The notes under the pieces are model-generated. The model had not been told where the DNA came from and did no database searches. It saw only the letters and a list, made by a program, of their open reading frames with translations. The position numbers were made by a program, and so were the translations under genes. Shown one piece after another: positions 47,376 through 56,313 of a stretch of DNA of 64,000 nucleotides. The DNA lies in contig CAZWKQ010000001.1 in NCBI GenBank assembly GCA_964634005.1, positions 343,788 to 407,787 on the forward strand, given 5' to 3'. Every line of letters starts with the position of its first letter. Position 1 is the stretch's first letter. This stretch comes from an uncultured Bacteroides sp. (GTDB lineage: Bacteria > Bacteroidota > Bacteroidia > Bacteroidales > JACABE01).

Positions 47376-48362
47376 TTGAAAATACTTTTCATAAGGTTCA
47401 GTTCGATAGGAGATATAGTTCTTACAACTCCCTTGCTTAGATGTGTTAAAAAGCAAATTCCGGGAGCTGAAATTCATTACCTTACAAAAGCTTCTTACTA
47501 TGAAATTCTTTGTACTAATCCTAACATTGATAAAATCTACACTTTTAATGAAAATTATAGTGAACTTATTAAGCAACTCAAAAGTGAGAACTATTCATCA
47601 ATAATTGACTTACATAAAAATATAAGAAGTTTCAGGATTAAATCAAGCTTATTGAAACCTTCTTATTCATTTCCAAAATTGAATTTCGCAAAATGGCTTT
47701 TGGTAAACTTTAAAATTAATTTATTGCCTGATATTCATATTGTCAATCGTTATTTCAAAGCACTCGAAAAACTAAATGTAAGAAACGATAATGAAGGATT
47801 AGATTTTTTTATTAACGAAGCTGACATGATAAATATCAACCTTTTGCCAATAAACTTTCATAAAGGGTATAAGGTTTTGGTTGTAGGGGGTAATCATTTT
47901 ACAAAAAAAATTCCCGATGATATCTTACTGACTTTATGTAAGAAAACCGAAATTCCTCTGGTTTTAATCGGTGGGAAGGAAGATAGACCAAGAGCAGAGG
48001 AAGTAAGAAAAAAAGCCGATAACAAAGACGTTTTTAATGCCTGCGGCATTTATAATGTAGGGCAATCAGCTTCAATTATTGAACAATCGAAAGGAATTAT
48101 TACACCCGATACAGGAATGATGCATATAGCAGCAGCTTTGAAAAAGAATATTTTATCAGTGTGGGGAAATACAGTCCCCGAATTCGGGATGTATCCGTAT
48201 CTTCCTGCAAGCATGAAAAATCTGTCAAAAATTGTAGAAGTAAAAAACTTATCTTGCAGACCTTGCAGTAAAATTGGCTTCAAAAAATGTCCCAAAAAAC
48301 ACTTCAACTGCATGAAATTAAATGACATAAACACTTTAATAAATTTTCTGAAAAATGAATAG
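47376..48362 (+). CDS. Glycosyltransferase family 9 (heptosyltransferase-like)
   Basis: TTG start gives MKILFIRFSSIGDIVLTTPLLR, typical of GT9. C-terminal half has TPDTGMMHIAAAL. Confidence 0.8.
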   Translation: MKILFIRFSSIGDIVLTTPLLRCVKKQIPGAEIHYLTKASYYEILCTNPNIDKIYTFNENYSELIKQLKSENYSSIIDLHKNIRSFRIKSSLLKPSYSFPKLNFAKWLLVNFKINLLPDIHIVNRYFKALEKLNVRNDNEGLDFFINEADMININLLPINFHKGYKVLVVGGNHFTKKIPDDILLTLCKKTEIPLVLIGGKEDRPRAEEVRKKADNKDVFNACGIYNVGQSASIIEQSKGIITPDTGMMHIAAALKKNILSVWGNTVPEFGMYPYLPASMKNLSKIVEVKNLSCRPCSKIGFKKCPKKHFNCMKLNDINTLINFLKNE

Positions 48363-49125
48363 AAATACCGAAGAATTTGAAAGACTTCTTGAAATAATGA
48401 ATACACTTAGGAACTACTGTCCCTGGGATAAGAAACAAACTATTGAAAGCCTGAGATATTTAACAATAGAGGAAGTTTATGAATTGTCGGATGCGATAAT
48501 GGAGAAAGACTTCAATGAAATTAAGAATGAACTCGGAGATTTAATGCTGCATATAGTTTTTTATTCAAAAATTGCTGAAGAACTTGGGGCTTTTACAATC
48601 AGCGATGTTATTGAAGGAATAAATAATAAGTTAATTCGCAGACACCCGCATATATACGATACAACAACAGTAAACGACGCAGAGGAGGTTAAAAGAAACT
48701 GGGAAAAAATAAAACTAAAGGAAGGCCGAAAATCAGTACTGGAAGGAGTACCAAATGCTTTGCCTGCCGTAGTAAAAGCATTTCGAATTCAAGAAAAAGT
48801 AAAAGGTGTAGGTTTCGATTGGGAGGAACCACATCAGGTGTGGAACAAAGTTCTGGAAGAAATTAATGAACTTCAAAACGAGATTAATAACAACTCTTCG
48901 AAAGATTCAATTGAAAAAGAGTTTGGAGATGTTATGTTCGCTTTGATAAACTATGCAAGGTTTTTGGATATAAACCCCGAAGATGCATTAGAAAAAACGA
49001 ACAAAAAATTTATTAAACGCTTCAAATATTTAGAAAATAAAGCAAACGAACTAAACAGAACATTAAAAAGCATGACATTAGAGGAAATGGACGTGTTTTG
49101 GGAACAAGCTAAAAAGGAAGAATAA
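48355..49125 (+). CDS. mazG: Nucleoside triphosphate pyrophosphohydrolase MazG
   Basis: Tandem MazG domains (CPWDKKQT..SL..YLTIEEVYELSDAI, ELGDLMLH, and a second EFGDVMFAL). Overlaps the GT9 stop by 8 nt. Confidence 0.88.
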   Translation: MNRNTEEFERLLEIMNTLRNYCPWDKKQTIESLRYLTIEEVYELSDAIMEKDFNEIKNELGDLMLHIVFYSKIAEELGAFTISDVIEGINNKLIRRHPHIYDTTTVNDAEEVKRNWEKIKLKEGRKSVLEGVPNALPAVVKAFRIQEKVKGVGFDWEEPHQVWNKVLEEINELQNEINNNSSKDSIEKEFGDVMFALINYARFLDINPEDALEKTNKKFIKRFKYLENKANELNRTLKSMTLEEMDVFWEQAKKEE

Positions 49126-49255
49126 ACTGTTATAATTTAGAATTAATATAAATTTCGTTATTTTAACAAAATAAAGTAAACTTTTTAATAAAATTGGTTG
49201 TCTATTCGATAACTTTACAATCAATTTATTTTTAATTAATTAAAAACAGTTTAAA

Positions 49256-50257
49256 ATGAAAAAGATTTATGCTTTATTTACTGCTTTAGCAATAATTTTA
49301 GTTTTGTTTAGTTGCCAAAAGGATGAGAGCCCATTGTCAATTGTTGGCAACCCTCCACAAAACACAAAAGAAATACAATCAAACATTCCGCGTGTTGACA
49401 TAAAAAACGGCAAAATGCTTGTATTTTTGTCAGTTACCGACCAAACAGGAAGGCCGTTAACGGGTTTATCAAATCCTAATTTTGAAGTAAGTTACACTAT
49501 TGATGGTGTTACAACAAATGTTCCTTCATCATCACTGAATGTTTTATATTCTACAGGTACCGGAACAGCCTACAATGTTGCAGCTTCTTTAATTATGGAC
49601 TATTCAGGCAGTATGCTTTACGACAGTACCAGTATTCCGAATATGGAAGCAGCTTTGAAGTATTTTATTTTGTTGAAGAATATTAACGATTACATGGAAG
49701 TTATTAAGTTTTCAACACAAGTATTTACAGCATGCCCATTCACTATTGATACAGCTGCATTGCTTGCTGCTATCGATACTTTCCACATTGCTAATATGAC
49801 TACTGCTTTGTTTCAGGCTTGTTTAACAGGACTTGACCACATTATTTCCTTAATGCCTACACTTACAGGGGTCTATCTTCCTGCAGTTATAGCATTTACT
49901 GATGGTGTAAACAACTGTCCTCCTTTAAACAATGATTCACTTATTTCAAAATCTATAACCGAGCAAATTCCGATTTATTCAATTTGCTATGGAAATATCA
50001 ACAGCGGCTATCCCGATACTACTATGCTTAAGCACTTAGCCGACACTACCGGCGGTAGATTTTACATTACTCCAAACACTGTTGACTTACAGGAATTATA
50101 CGGCTATGTTAGCGGACAACTCAGCAATATGTATGTAATTACTTTCCCATTTGGCACAAAATCAGGAAAATTGGGAACTTTAAACATTACTACTACCTAT
50201 GTTAAAAATGGTAAAACGTTTAAACATACCACTAAAAAAACGTTTTATACCAAGTAG
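49256..50257 (+). CDS. von Willebrand factor A (VWA) domain lipoprotein
   Basis: Lipobox LFSC. MIDAS DYSGSM .. T .. FTDG. 333 aa. Confidence 0.75.
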   Translation: MKKIYALFTALAIILVLFSCQKDESPLSIVGNPPQNTKEIQSNIPRVDIKNGKMLVFLSVTDQTGRPLTGLSNPNFEVSYTIDGVTTNVPSSSLNVLYSTGTGTAYNVAASLIMDYSGSMLYDSTSIPNMEAALKYFILLKNINDYMEVIKFSTQVFTACPFTIDTAALLAAIDTFHIANMTTALFQACLTGLDHIISLMPTLTGVYLPAVIAFTDGVNNCPPLNNDSLISKSITEQIPIYSICYGNINSGYPDTTMLKHLADTTGGRFYITPNTVDLQELYGYVSGQLSNMYVITFPFGTKSGKLGTLNITTTYVKNGKTFKHTTKKTFYTK

Positions 50258-50278
50258 ATTTTGTTGTTTCATTTTTTG

Positions 50279-50312
50279 AAAAGCTCCTGAAAAACAACAG
50301 GAGCTTTTTTAA
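50279..50312 (+). terminator. Rho-independent terminator after the VWA gene
   Basis: aaaagctcctg (50279-50289) / caggagctttt (50298-50308), followed by T residues. Confidence 0.8.
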
Positions 50313-50324
50313 TAACTAAAATTA

Positions 50325-53030
50325 ATGAGAGCTTTAAAAAATTTATTCATTATATCAATATTATCTTTAGGTATTACTAATATTTCTTTTTCACAAAATA
50401 TTGATATTCACAAGGCAGAAATAATTGCGTATGAATTTTCAAAACAAAATTTTAATAAAAAAAAAGATTGTTTTATCGAAGAAATAATCCCCTATGGAAA
50501 TAATAATGACACTTCAGTTTATATTGTTAACTTTTTGAACGGCAATGGATTTATAATAATTCCATCATACAAAACAAGTAAGAAAATAATCGGCTATTCA
50601 ACAAACAACAAATTTGATATAAATAATATTCCTCCTGCATTATTAGACCTTTTGAGATATTATTCGGAAGAGATTGAACAAGAAAAGAAAAACAAGCATA
50701 ACAATACACAAAACATTGAAAACATTTTTACAGAAAATAAATCACAAAATAGTATAATTCAACCATTAATTTCCACAAAATGGGATCAGGCTTGTTTTTA
50801 CAATGATTCATGCCCAAGTGCTCCTAATTCAGGGGCTTACTTTTGTCAGAAAGTACCTGCAGGATGTGTTGCCATAGCATTGGCTCAAATTATGAGGTTT
50901 CACAAATACCCGCTGACCGGAACAGGATTCAACAGTTATTATAATGCATATTACGGTAATCAATATGCAAATTTTGGCAACGCGAATTATAACTATAACA
51001 ACATGCCAAACGTTTTATTTTCGAAAAATTCGACTACTGCCCAATTTATATATCATAACGCTGTATCAGTCAATACACTGTTTAATTATCAATACTCCGG
51101 AGCAAATATTACTGATGCCAAAAACTCTCTTATTAATTTCTTTAATTATTCAAACTCTGCTCAAATAGTACAAAAAAACAATTATACCGAAACAGGTTGG
51201 TCAAACTTGCTAAAAAATGAATTAGACTCAACAAGACCGGTATTTTTATCGGGATATAATCAAAACAATGCAGGAGGACACGCATTTGTATGTGATGGTT
51301 ACGATAATAACAACATGTTTCATATTAACTGGGGTTGGGGTGGAATGTATGACGGATATTACTTGTTAACTTCTCTATCACCTAATAGTAATAACTTTTC
51401 ATACAACCAAAGTGCCATAATCAGAATAATTCCTCAGAACAACTATCCTGTTTGCCATTTTAAAGCAGACAAGAACTTAGTAAATATTAATGAACAGGTT
51501 AGTTTTACCGATATTTCGACAGGAAATGTTAGCCAATATAAATGGATTTTTGAAGGCGGAAATCCAAGTATTTCGACTTTAAAAAATCCGGTAATTACTT
51601 ATAATCAACCAGGTATATTCAAAGTAACGCTTATTATTAGCAACATATACGGAAGCGATACATTAACAAAAACAAATTTTATAACTGTAACACCTTACGC
51701 TGATTTTTCATCAAATAAAACAAAAATTTCGAAACAAGAAAATGTACAATTTTATGACAAATCTCTAACTTTTGATAGTATAATAAGTTATAAATGGATT
51801 TTTCAGGGGGGACAACCTTCTGTTTCAAATTTAAAAAATCCTATTGTAACTTACAATCAAGCAGGCACTTACAATGTAAGCCTTACAATAATTACCAATA
51901 ACGGAAGCCATAACATTATCAAAAACAATTACATAACAGTTTTTAATCAATGCAACTACCTGTTTAAAGACAGTGTACCTGATTATTACATAAATCCCCA
52001 AAATCTCGCGAATTTTCAAATTTTTCAGGAAGATTTCGATAGTTTAACACCTTATTACTCAGGACACTCAACCAAGTGGAATATTTTTAAGCAGGTATTA
52101 TCACCCGGAGATACTAACTCTTTTTACGGTGCTGCATCAATATTTACTACTGCAGGCCAAGCCGACAATTGGTTGGAATTCGGACCAATAACAGTTCCGG
52201 CAAACGGGGCTACATTGAAATGGAAGCACCTCTACTATTTAAACAATAAAAGAGATGGATACGAAGTACTTCTGTCAACTACAGGGTTGACAAGAGACCA
52301 TTATATATCCCCTCCCGTTTTTTCGAGATTGGACAACGACCCAAAAACCGACGGAAACACCTCCTGGACACCTCAAGAGATAAATATTCCGCCCAATATT
52401 TACGGAAACAGCGATATATACATTGCTTTTCACCATTTTGCTTACAATATGTATTACCTTTTTATTGATGATATAGAATTAATAAGCTGTTCGGGATTAC
52501 CGGTTGTTTGCGATTTTAAAGCCGATACAACTAATATTTTACCAGGAAATTCGGTAAATTTTACCGATTTAAGTTCCGGAAATCCTATTTTATGGGAATG
52601 GACTTTTTATGGAGGAACCCCAAGCTATTCTTTAGAGCAAAATCCTCAAAATATTAAATATTCTAGCCCGGGGGTTTACCCTGTTAAACTTAAGGTTTTC
52701 AACGGAGAAAACTACGACTCTATAACAAAAACTAACTATATAAACGTAAATGCAAACGATATTGAAAATTATCAGGAATTTTCAAATATAAAAATATCGC
52801 CGAATCCGGCTAAAGATTATGTAAAAGTAAGCTTTCCGACATTAATGGATGATGCTTTTTTAATGCTTTTTGATATGCATGGCAGAAAAATATACGAATT
52901 ATTGCTCAAAAAAGGCTCACACGAGCAAACAATAGCATTAAACAATTTAAAGAACGGATATTACATTATAAAATTAATTAACAACCTTAATTGTAATTTT
53001 GGATTAAATAAGTTGATAATTTTAAAATAA
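50325..53030 (+). CDS. Secreted C10-family (streptopain-like) cysteine peptidase with 3 PKD domains, a choice-of-anchor-J-like domain and a T9SS C-terminal sorting domain
   Basis: Signal peptide ..ISFS|QN. Spi-type prodomain. Catalytic Cys in VPAGCVAIALAQIMRFHKYP and His in GGHAFVCDGYD..FHINWGWGG. PKD units at ~51450-51690, ~51700-51940 and ~52500-52750. ADNWLEFGPITVP..GYEVLLSTTG..IYIAFHHF..LFIDDIEL at ~52020-52490. C-terminal domain ISPNPAKDYVKVSF..GYYIIKLI. Confidence 0.88.
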   Translation: MRALKNLFIISILSLGITNISFSQNIDIHKAEIIAYEFSKQNFNKKKDCFIEEIIPYGNNNDTSVYIVNFLNGNGFIIIPSYKTSKKIIGYSTNNKFDINNIPPALLDLLRYYSEEIEQEKKNKHNNTQNIENIFTENKSQNSIIQPLISTKWDQACFYNDSCPSAPNSGAYFCQKVPAGCVAIALAQIMRFHKYPLTGTGFNSYYNAYYGNQYANFGNANYNYNNMPNVLFSKNSTTAQFIYHNAVSVNTLFNYQYSGANITDAKNSLINFFNYSNSAQIVQKNNYTETGWSNLLKNELDSTRPVFLSGYNQNNAGGHAFVCDGYDNNNMFHINWGWGGMYDGYYLLTSLSPNSNNFSYNQSAIIRIIPQNNYPVCHFKADKNLVNINEQVSFTDISTGNVSQYKWIFEGGNPSISTLKNPVITYNQPGIFKVTLIISNIYGSDTLTKTNFITVTPYADFSSNKTKISKQENVQFYDKSLTFDSIISYKWIFQGGQPSVSNLKNPIVTYNQAGTYNVSLTIITNNGSHNIIKNNYITVFNQCNYLFKDSVPDYYINPQNLANFQIFQEDFDSLTPYYSGHSTKWNIFKQVLSPGDTNSFYGAASIFTTAGQADNWLEFGPITVPANGATLKWKHLYYLNNKRDGYEVLLSTTGLTRDHYISPPVFSRLDNDPKTDGNTSWTPQEINIPPNIYGNSDIYIAFHHFAYNMYYLFIDDIELISCSGLPVVCDFKADTTNILPGNSVNFTDLSSGNPILWEWTFYGGTPSYSLEQNPQNIKYSSPGVYPVKLKVFNGENYDSITKTNYINVNANDIENYQEFSNIKISPNPAKDYVKVSFPTLMDDAFLMLFDMHGRKIYELLLKKGSHEQTIALNNLKNGYYIIKLINNLNCNFGLNKLIILK

Positions 53031-53067
53031 ATTTTACATAACTTATTGATGATAAAAATATTTTTTT

Positions 53068-53075
53068 TAATTTTG
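53068..53075 (+). promoter_or_regulatory. -7 box TAATTTTG upstream of rpsF
   Basis: Match to TAnnTTTG 50 nt upstream of the ATG at 53125. Confidence 0.45.
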
Positions 53076-53124
53076 CACTCCATTTTTAAAAATTAGTATT
53101 AACAAATTAAAAAATTAAAAGACA

Positions 53125-53499
53125 ATGTTAAATCATTACGAAACCGTTTTCATTATGACTCCCGTTTTGTCTGATGATCAGATGAAGGAAACGGTAAAGA
53201 AATTCCAGTCTTTTCTAACAGAGAAAGGAGCTGAGATTATTTTTGAGAACAATTGGGGCTTAAGAAAATTGGCTTACCCCATACAAAAGAAATCAACAGG
53301 TTTTTATTATTTAATTGAATTCAAAGCCGATGGCGAATTAATTGCAGAATTAGAAACAGCTTTTAAACGTGACGAACGTTTATTGAGGTTTTTGACCGTC
53401 AAACTTGATAAGCACGCTATTGCTTACAACGAAAAAAGACGCAATATGGCTTCTGAAAAGAAAGAAAAAACAGAACCTAAAGCTGTTGTTATAGAATAA
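53125..53499 (+). CDS. rpsF: 30S ribosomal protein S6
   Basis: [19 protein letters not shown].., [10 protein letters not shown]. Confidence 0.93.
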   Translation: MLNHYETVFIMTPVLSDDQMKETVKKFQSFLTEKGAEIIFENNWGLRKLAYPIQKKSTGFYYLIEFKADGELIAELETAFKRDERLLRFLTVKLDKHAIAYNEKRRNMASEKKEKTEPKAVVIE

Positions 53500-53533
53500 C
53501 AAATTCAATTGTAAAATTTTAAAAATCTTAAAC

Positions 53534-53803
53534 ATGGCAGAAAATAGTTCAGAAATAAAATATTTGACCCCGATAGCGGTTGAAACAAAAAAGAAAAAGT
53601 ATTGCCGTTTCAAAAAAAGCGGAATAAAATACATTGATTACAAAGATGCAGATTTCTTATTGAAATTTGTAAACGAGCAAGGTAAAATTTTACCTCGCAG
53701 ACTTACAGGTACATCAAATAAATACCAGAAAAAAGTAGCTCAAGCAGTTAAAAGGGCAAGACATCTTGCATTATTACCTTATGTAGCTGATTTATTAAAA
53801 TAA
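53534..53803 (+). CDS. rpsR: 30S ribosomal protein S18
   Basis: [30 protein letters not shown]....YQKK...A.KRAR.LALLPY. Confidence 0.93.
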   Translation: MAENSSEIKYLTPIAVETKKKKYCRFKKSGIKYIDYKDADFLLKFVNEQGKILPRRLTGTSNKYQKKVAQAVKRARHLALLPYVADLLK

Positions 53804-53816
53804 GGAGGGAAACAAC

Positions 53817-54266
53817 ATGGAAGTAATTTTAAAACAAGACGTTGCCAATTTAGGCTACAAGGACGATATAGTTAAGGTTAAAGAAGGATATGCACGCAAT
53901 TATCTTATACCTCAAGGATTTGCAATATATGCTAATGAAACCAACAAAAAAATACATGCCGAAACTTTAAAACAACGCTCATTTAAACTCGAAAAAATTA
54001 AAAAAGAAGCCGAAACATTAGCAAAAGCATTAGAAAATGTTACCGTAAAAATAGGAGCTAAAGCAGGAAGTACAGGAAAAATTTATGGTTCAGTAAATTC
54101 TATTCAAATAGCTGAAGCACTTAAAGAACAATACAATTACGATATCGACCGTAAAAAAATCGTTATTGACGGAGATTCTGTAAAAGAAATCGGAACATAT
54201 AAAGCAAAAATTAATCTTCACAAAGAAATTAAAGCTGAAATTTCATTTGAGGTTTTTGCTGAATAA
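53817..54266 (+). CDS. rplI: 50S ribosomal protein L9
   Basis: MEVILKQDVANLGYKDDIVKVKEGYARNYLIPQGFA. Preceded by AAGGAGG at 53802-53808. Confidence 0.93.
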   Translation: MEVILKQDVANLGYKDDIVKVKEGYARNYLIPQGFAIYANETNKKIHAETLKQRSFKLEKIKKEAETLAKALENVTVKIGAKAGSTGKIYGSVNSIQIAEALKEQYNYDIDRKKIVIDGDSVKEIGTYKAKINLHKEIKAEISFEVFAE

Positions 54267-54287
54267 AAAATTATTATCTTAAGTTTC

Positions 54288-54317
54288 AAAAACCCGAAAA
54301 TAATTCGGGTTTTTTGT
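54288..54317 (+). terminator. Rho-independent terminator after rplI
   Basis: acccgaa (54292-54298) / ttcgggt (54304-54310), then TTTTTGTTTTT. Confidence 0.8.
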
Positions 54318-54329
54318 TTTTATTTGCAT

Positions 54330-55115
54330 ATGCTTTCAAAAAACAAAATAAAATATTTACAATCTTTAAAAAATCAAAAGTTTAGGGAAAAATACGGGAA
54401 GTTTATTGCCGAAGGTGATAAACTTGTCAGAGAATTAATAAATTCCGATTTGATTATTGAAGAAATTTATTCTTTGAAAGATTGGATTGACCAAACTGAT
54501 ATTCCTTCGAATATTAATGTAACAGAAATTAAACCTGAAGAACTTGAGAAAATTAGTAACTTAAAAACACCAAATAAAGTTGTTGCTGTTATTAATATTC
54601 CATCCGGCGAAAATATCAATATAAATTTCGAGACCGATTTAATACTTGTTTTGGATCAAATTAAAGACCCCGGCAATTTAGGCACAATAATTCGCATTGC
54701 CGACTGGTTTGGGATTAAAAATATTGTTTGTTCCGAAAATACAGTTGAAGTTTATAACCCAAAGGTTATTCAGGCTACAATGGGCTCAATTTCAAGAGTT
54801 AAGCTTATATATAAAAATCTTCAAGAATTTTTCGGTACTATCCCTTTGAATATACCGGTTTATGGTAGTTTTCTGAATGGAGATAATATTTATTCTTCAG
54901 AATTAACTCCAAACGGTTTAATAATTATCGGTAATGAGTCGAAAGGAATATCGGATGAGCTTAACTGCTTTATAAACAAAAAGATAACAATACCTTCTTT
55001 TTCAGTAAATAAAAGTGCCGAGTCGCTTAATGCTTCAATAGCGACTGCAATAATTATTTCAGAATTTAGAAGGAAACACAATAAATTTATTTCAAATCAA
55101 TCATTCGGAAATTAA
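54330..55115 (+). CDS. TrmH/SpoU-family RNA 2'-O-methyltransferase
   Basis: DQIKDPGNLGTIIRIADWFG, IIGNESKGIS, IPSFS..AESLNASIATAI. Confidence 0.85.
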   Translation: MLSKNKIKYLQSLKNQKFREKYGKFIAEGDKLVRELINSDLIIEEIYSLKDWIDQTDIPSNINVTEIKPEELEKISNLKTPNKVVAVINIPSGENININFETDLILVLDQIKDPGNLGTIIRIADWFGIKNIVCSENTVEVYNPKVIQATMGSISRVKLIYKNLQEFFGTIPLNIPVYGSFLNGDNIYSSELTPNGLIIIGNESKGISDELNCFINKKITIPSFSVNKSAESLNASIATAIIISEFRRKHNKFISNQSFGN

Positions 55116-55186
55116 AAATGACATTATGACTTTGAAAGTCGTGAAAAACAAAATACTAATTAAGTTGTTTAAAAAATAAAAAAAAT

Positions 55187-55387
55187 ATGATAGAGTTACT
55201 TTTACCAGCCATTATACTAATAGCAATAGCATTTGCAGGATTTGCCATTAAAATGTTTTTTATAAAAGGTGCAAAGTTTTCGAAATCATGCAGTTCGATT
55301 GATACCGGAGATGGTAAAAAAATAGGCTGCACATGCTCAACAAACACTCACGAAACTTGTGAAAACTACACGAAGCATCACGGCTGA
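55187..55387 (+). CDS. Small (66 aa) single-TM protein with Cys-containing tail
   Basis: ATG start. N-terminal helix LLLPAIILIAIAFAGFAI, tail SKSCSS..GCTCSTNTHETCENY. The antisense ORF at 55156..55347 looks less protein-like. Confidence 0.45.
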   Translation: MIELLLPAIILIAIAFAGFAIKMFFIKGAKFSKSCSSIDTGDGKKIGCTCSTNTHETCENYTKHHG

Positions 55388-55405
55388 AAAATAGATTTTC
55401 GGATA

Positions 55406-56260
55406 TTATTCAACAACAATAACCATATATTTAGAGTACTTCCAGAATTCTTTAGGATTGGTTATTTCAATTTTTTCGGTTCTTTTTCCGTTTATTACCC
55501 ACTCATAGCTGCCACTTGGATGATTAGTCAGTAGTTTTGCGTTTTTGCCTCCAACTGTTATGGTTGTGGTTTTTGTAATATCTATTTTTTTGAAATAATC
55601 AATATTAAAATCCTGTTTTATTTTCTGATTTCCTCCTATTCCGATAAAACCACCCGATTTTGAAATAACTTTATTCTCTTTAAGCTCTTTTTCGGTACCT
55701 ATTGCATAATAAGCAGTATTAAGTTCCTGTGTTTTCTCGGCTATTTGTTCATCTTTAGCCTTGTTATATTGCTTTAATGTGTCAATAGAAGCACTAAGTG
55801 CTTCAACAGTAAAGTTTAACGAAATTAACTTTTGCTTAAGCTGCTCAATTTCAACATCTTTATCTTGAAGTTGCTTCTCATATCTTGCAAGCATTTCTTC
55901 AAGCTTTTTGATTTTAAGATTTGAGCTTTTGAGTCTGCTTTTTAAAGATGCAATCTCCCTTTTATTTTTTTCCATCAATTCATTAATAACCTGGATATCG
56001 TCATTAATTTTCTGACGCATATCCTGCGAAATCTCGTTGTTTTGCGAAGTGCCTTTTGAAATAACACCTTCCTTTGACTTGATTATCGATAAGTTTTCCT
56101 CTATTTGGTCTAATGTTCCGAAAAATTCATTAATTGTTGAGTCTTTTGAATTTTTTTCGGCAAGTAACTTTTGATTCTCTTCTTTTAACCTTTCAAGTTC
56201 TGAATTATTACAGCTAAAAGCTATTAATATCAATACAAATAAATAAATTAACTTTTTCAT
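55406..56260 (-). CDS. Coiled-coil lipoprotein, function unknown
   Basis: Lipobox AFSC, ~170 aa of heptad-rich E/K/L sequence, then a C-terminal globular ~90 aa. Confidence 0.6.
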   Translation of the reverse strand: MKKLIYLFVLILIAFSCNNSELERLKEENQKLLAEKNSKDSTINEFFGTLDQIEENLSIIKSKEGVISKGTSQNNEISQDMRQKINDDIQVINELMEKNKREIASLKSRLKSSNLKIKKLEEMLARYEKQLQDKDVEIEQLKQKLISLNFTVEALSASIDTLKQYNKAKDEQIAEKTQELNTAYYAIGTEKELKENKVISKSGGFIGIGGNQKIKQDFNIDYFKKIDITKTTTITVGGKNAKLLTNHPSGSYEWVINGKRTEKIEITNPKEFWKYSKYMVIVVE

Positions 56261-56313
56261 TTTTAATAAATTGTTTTTTACAAAAATAAATAAAATCGGA
56301 TAAAGTAAATATT

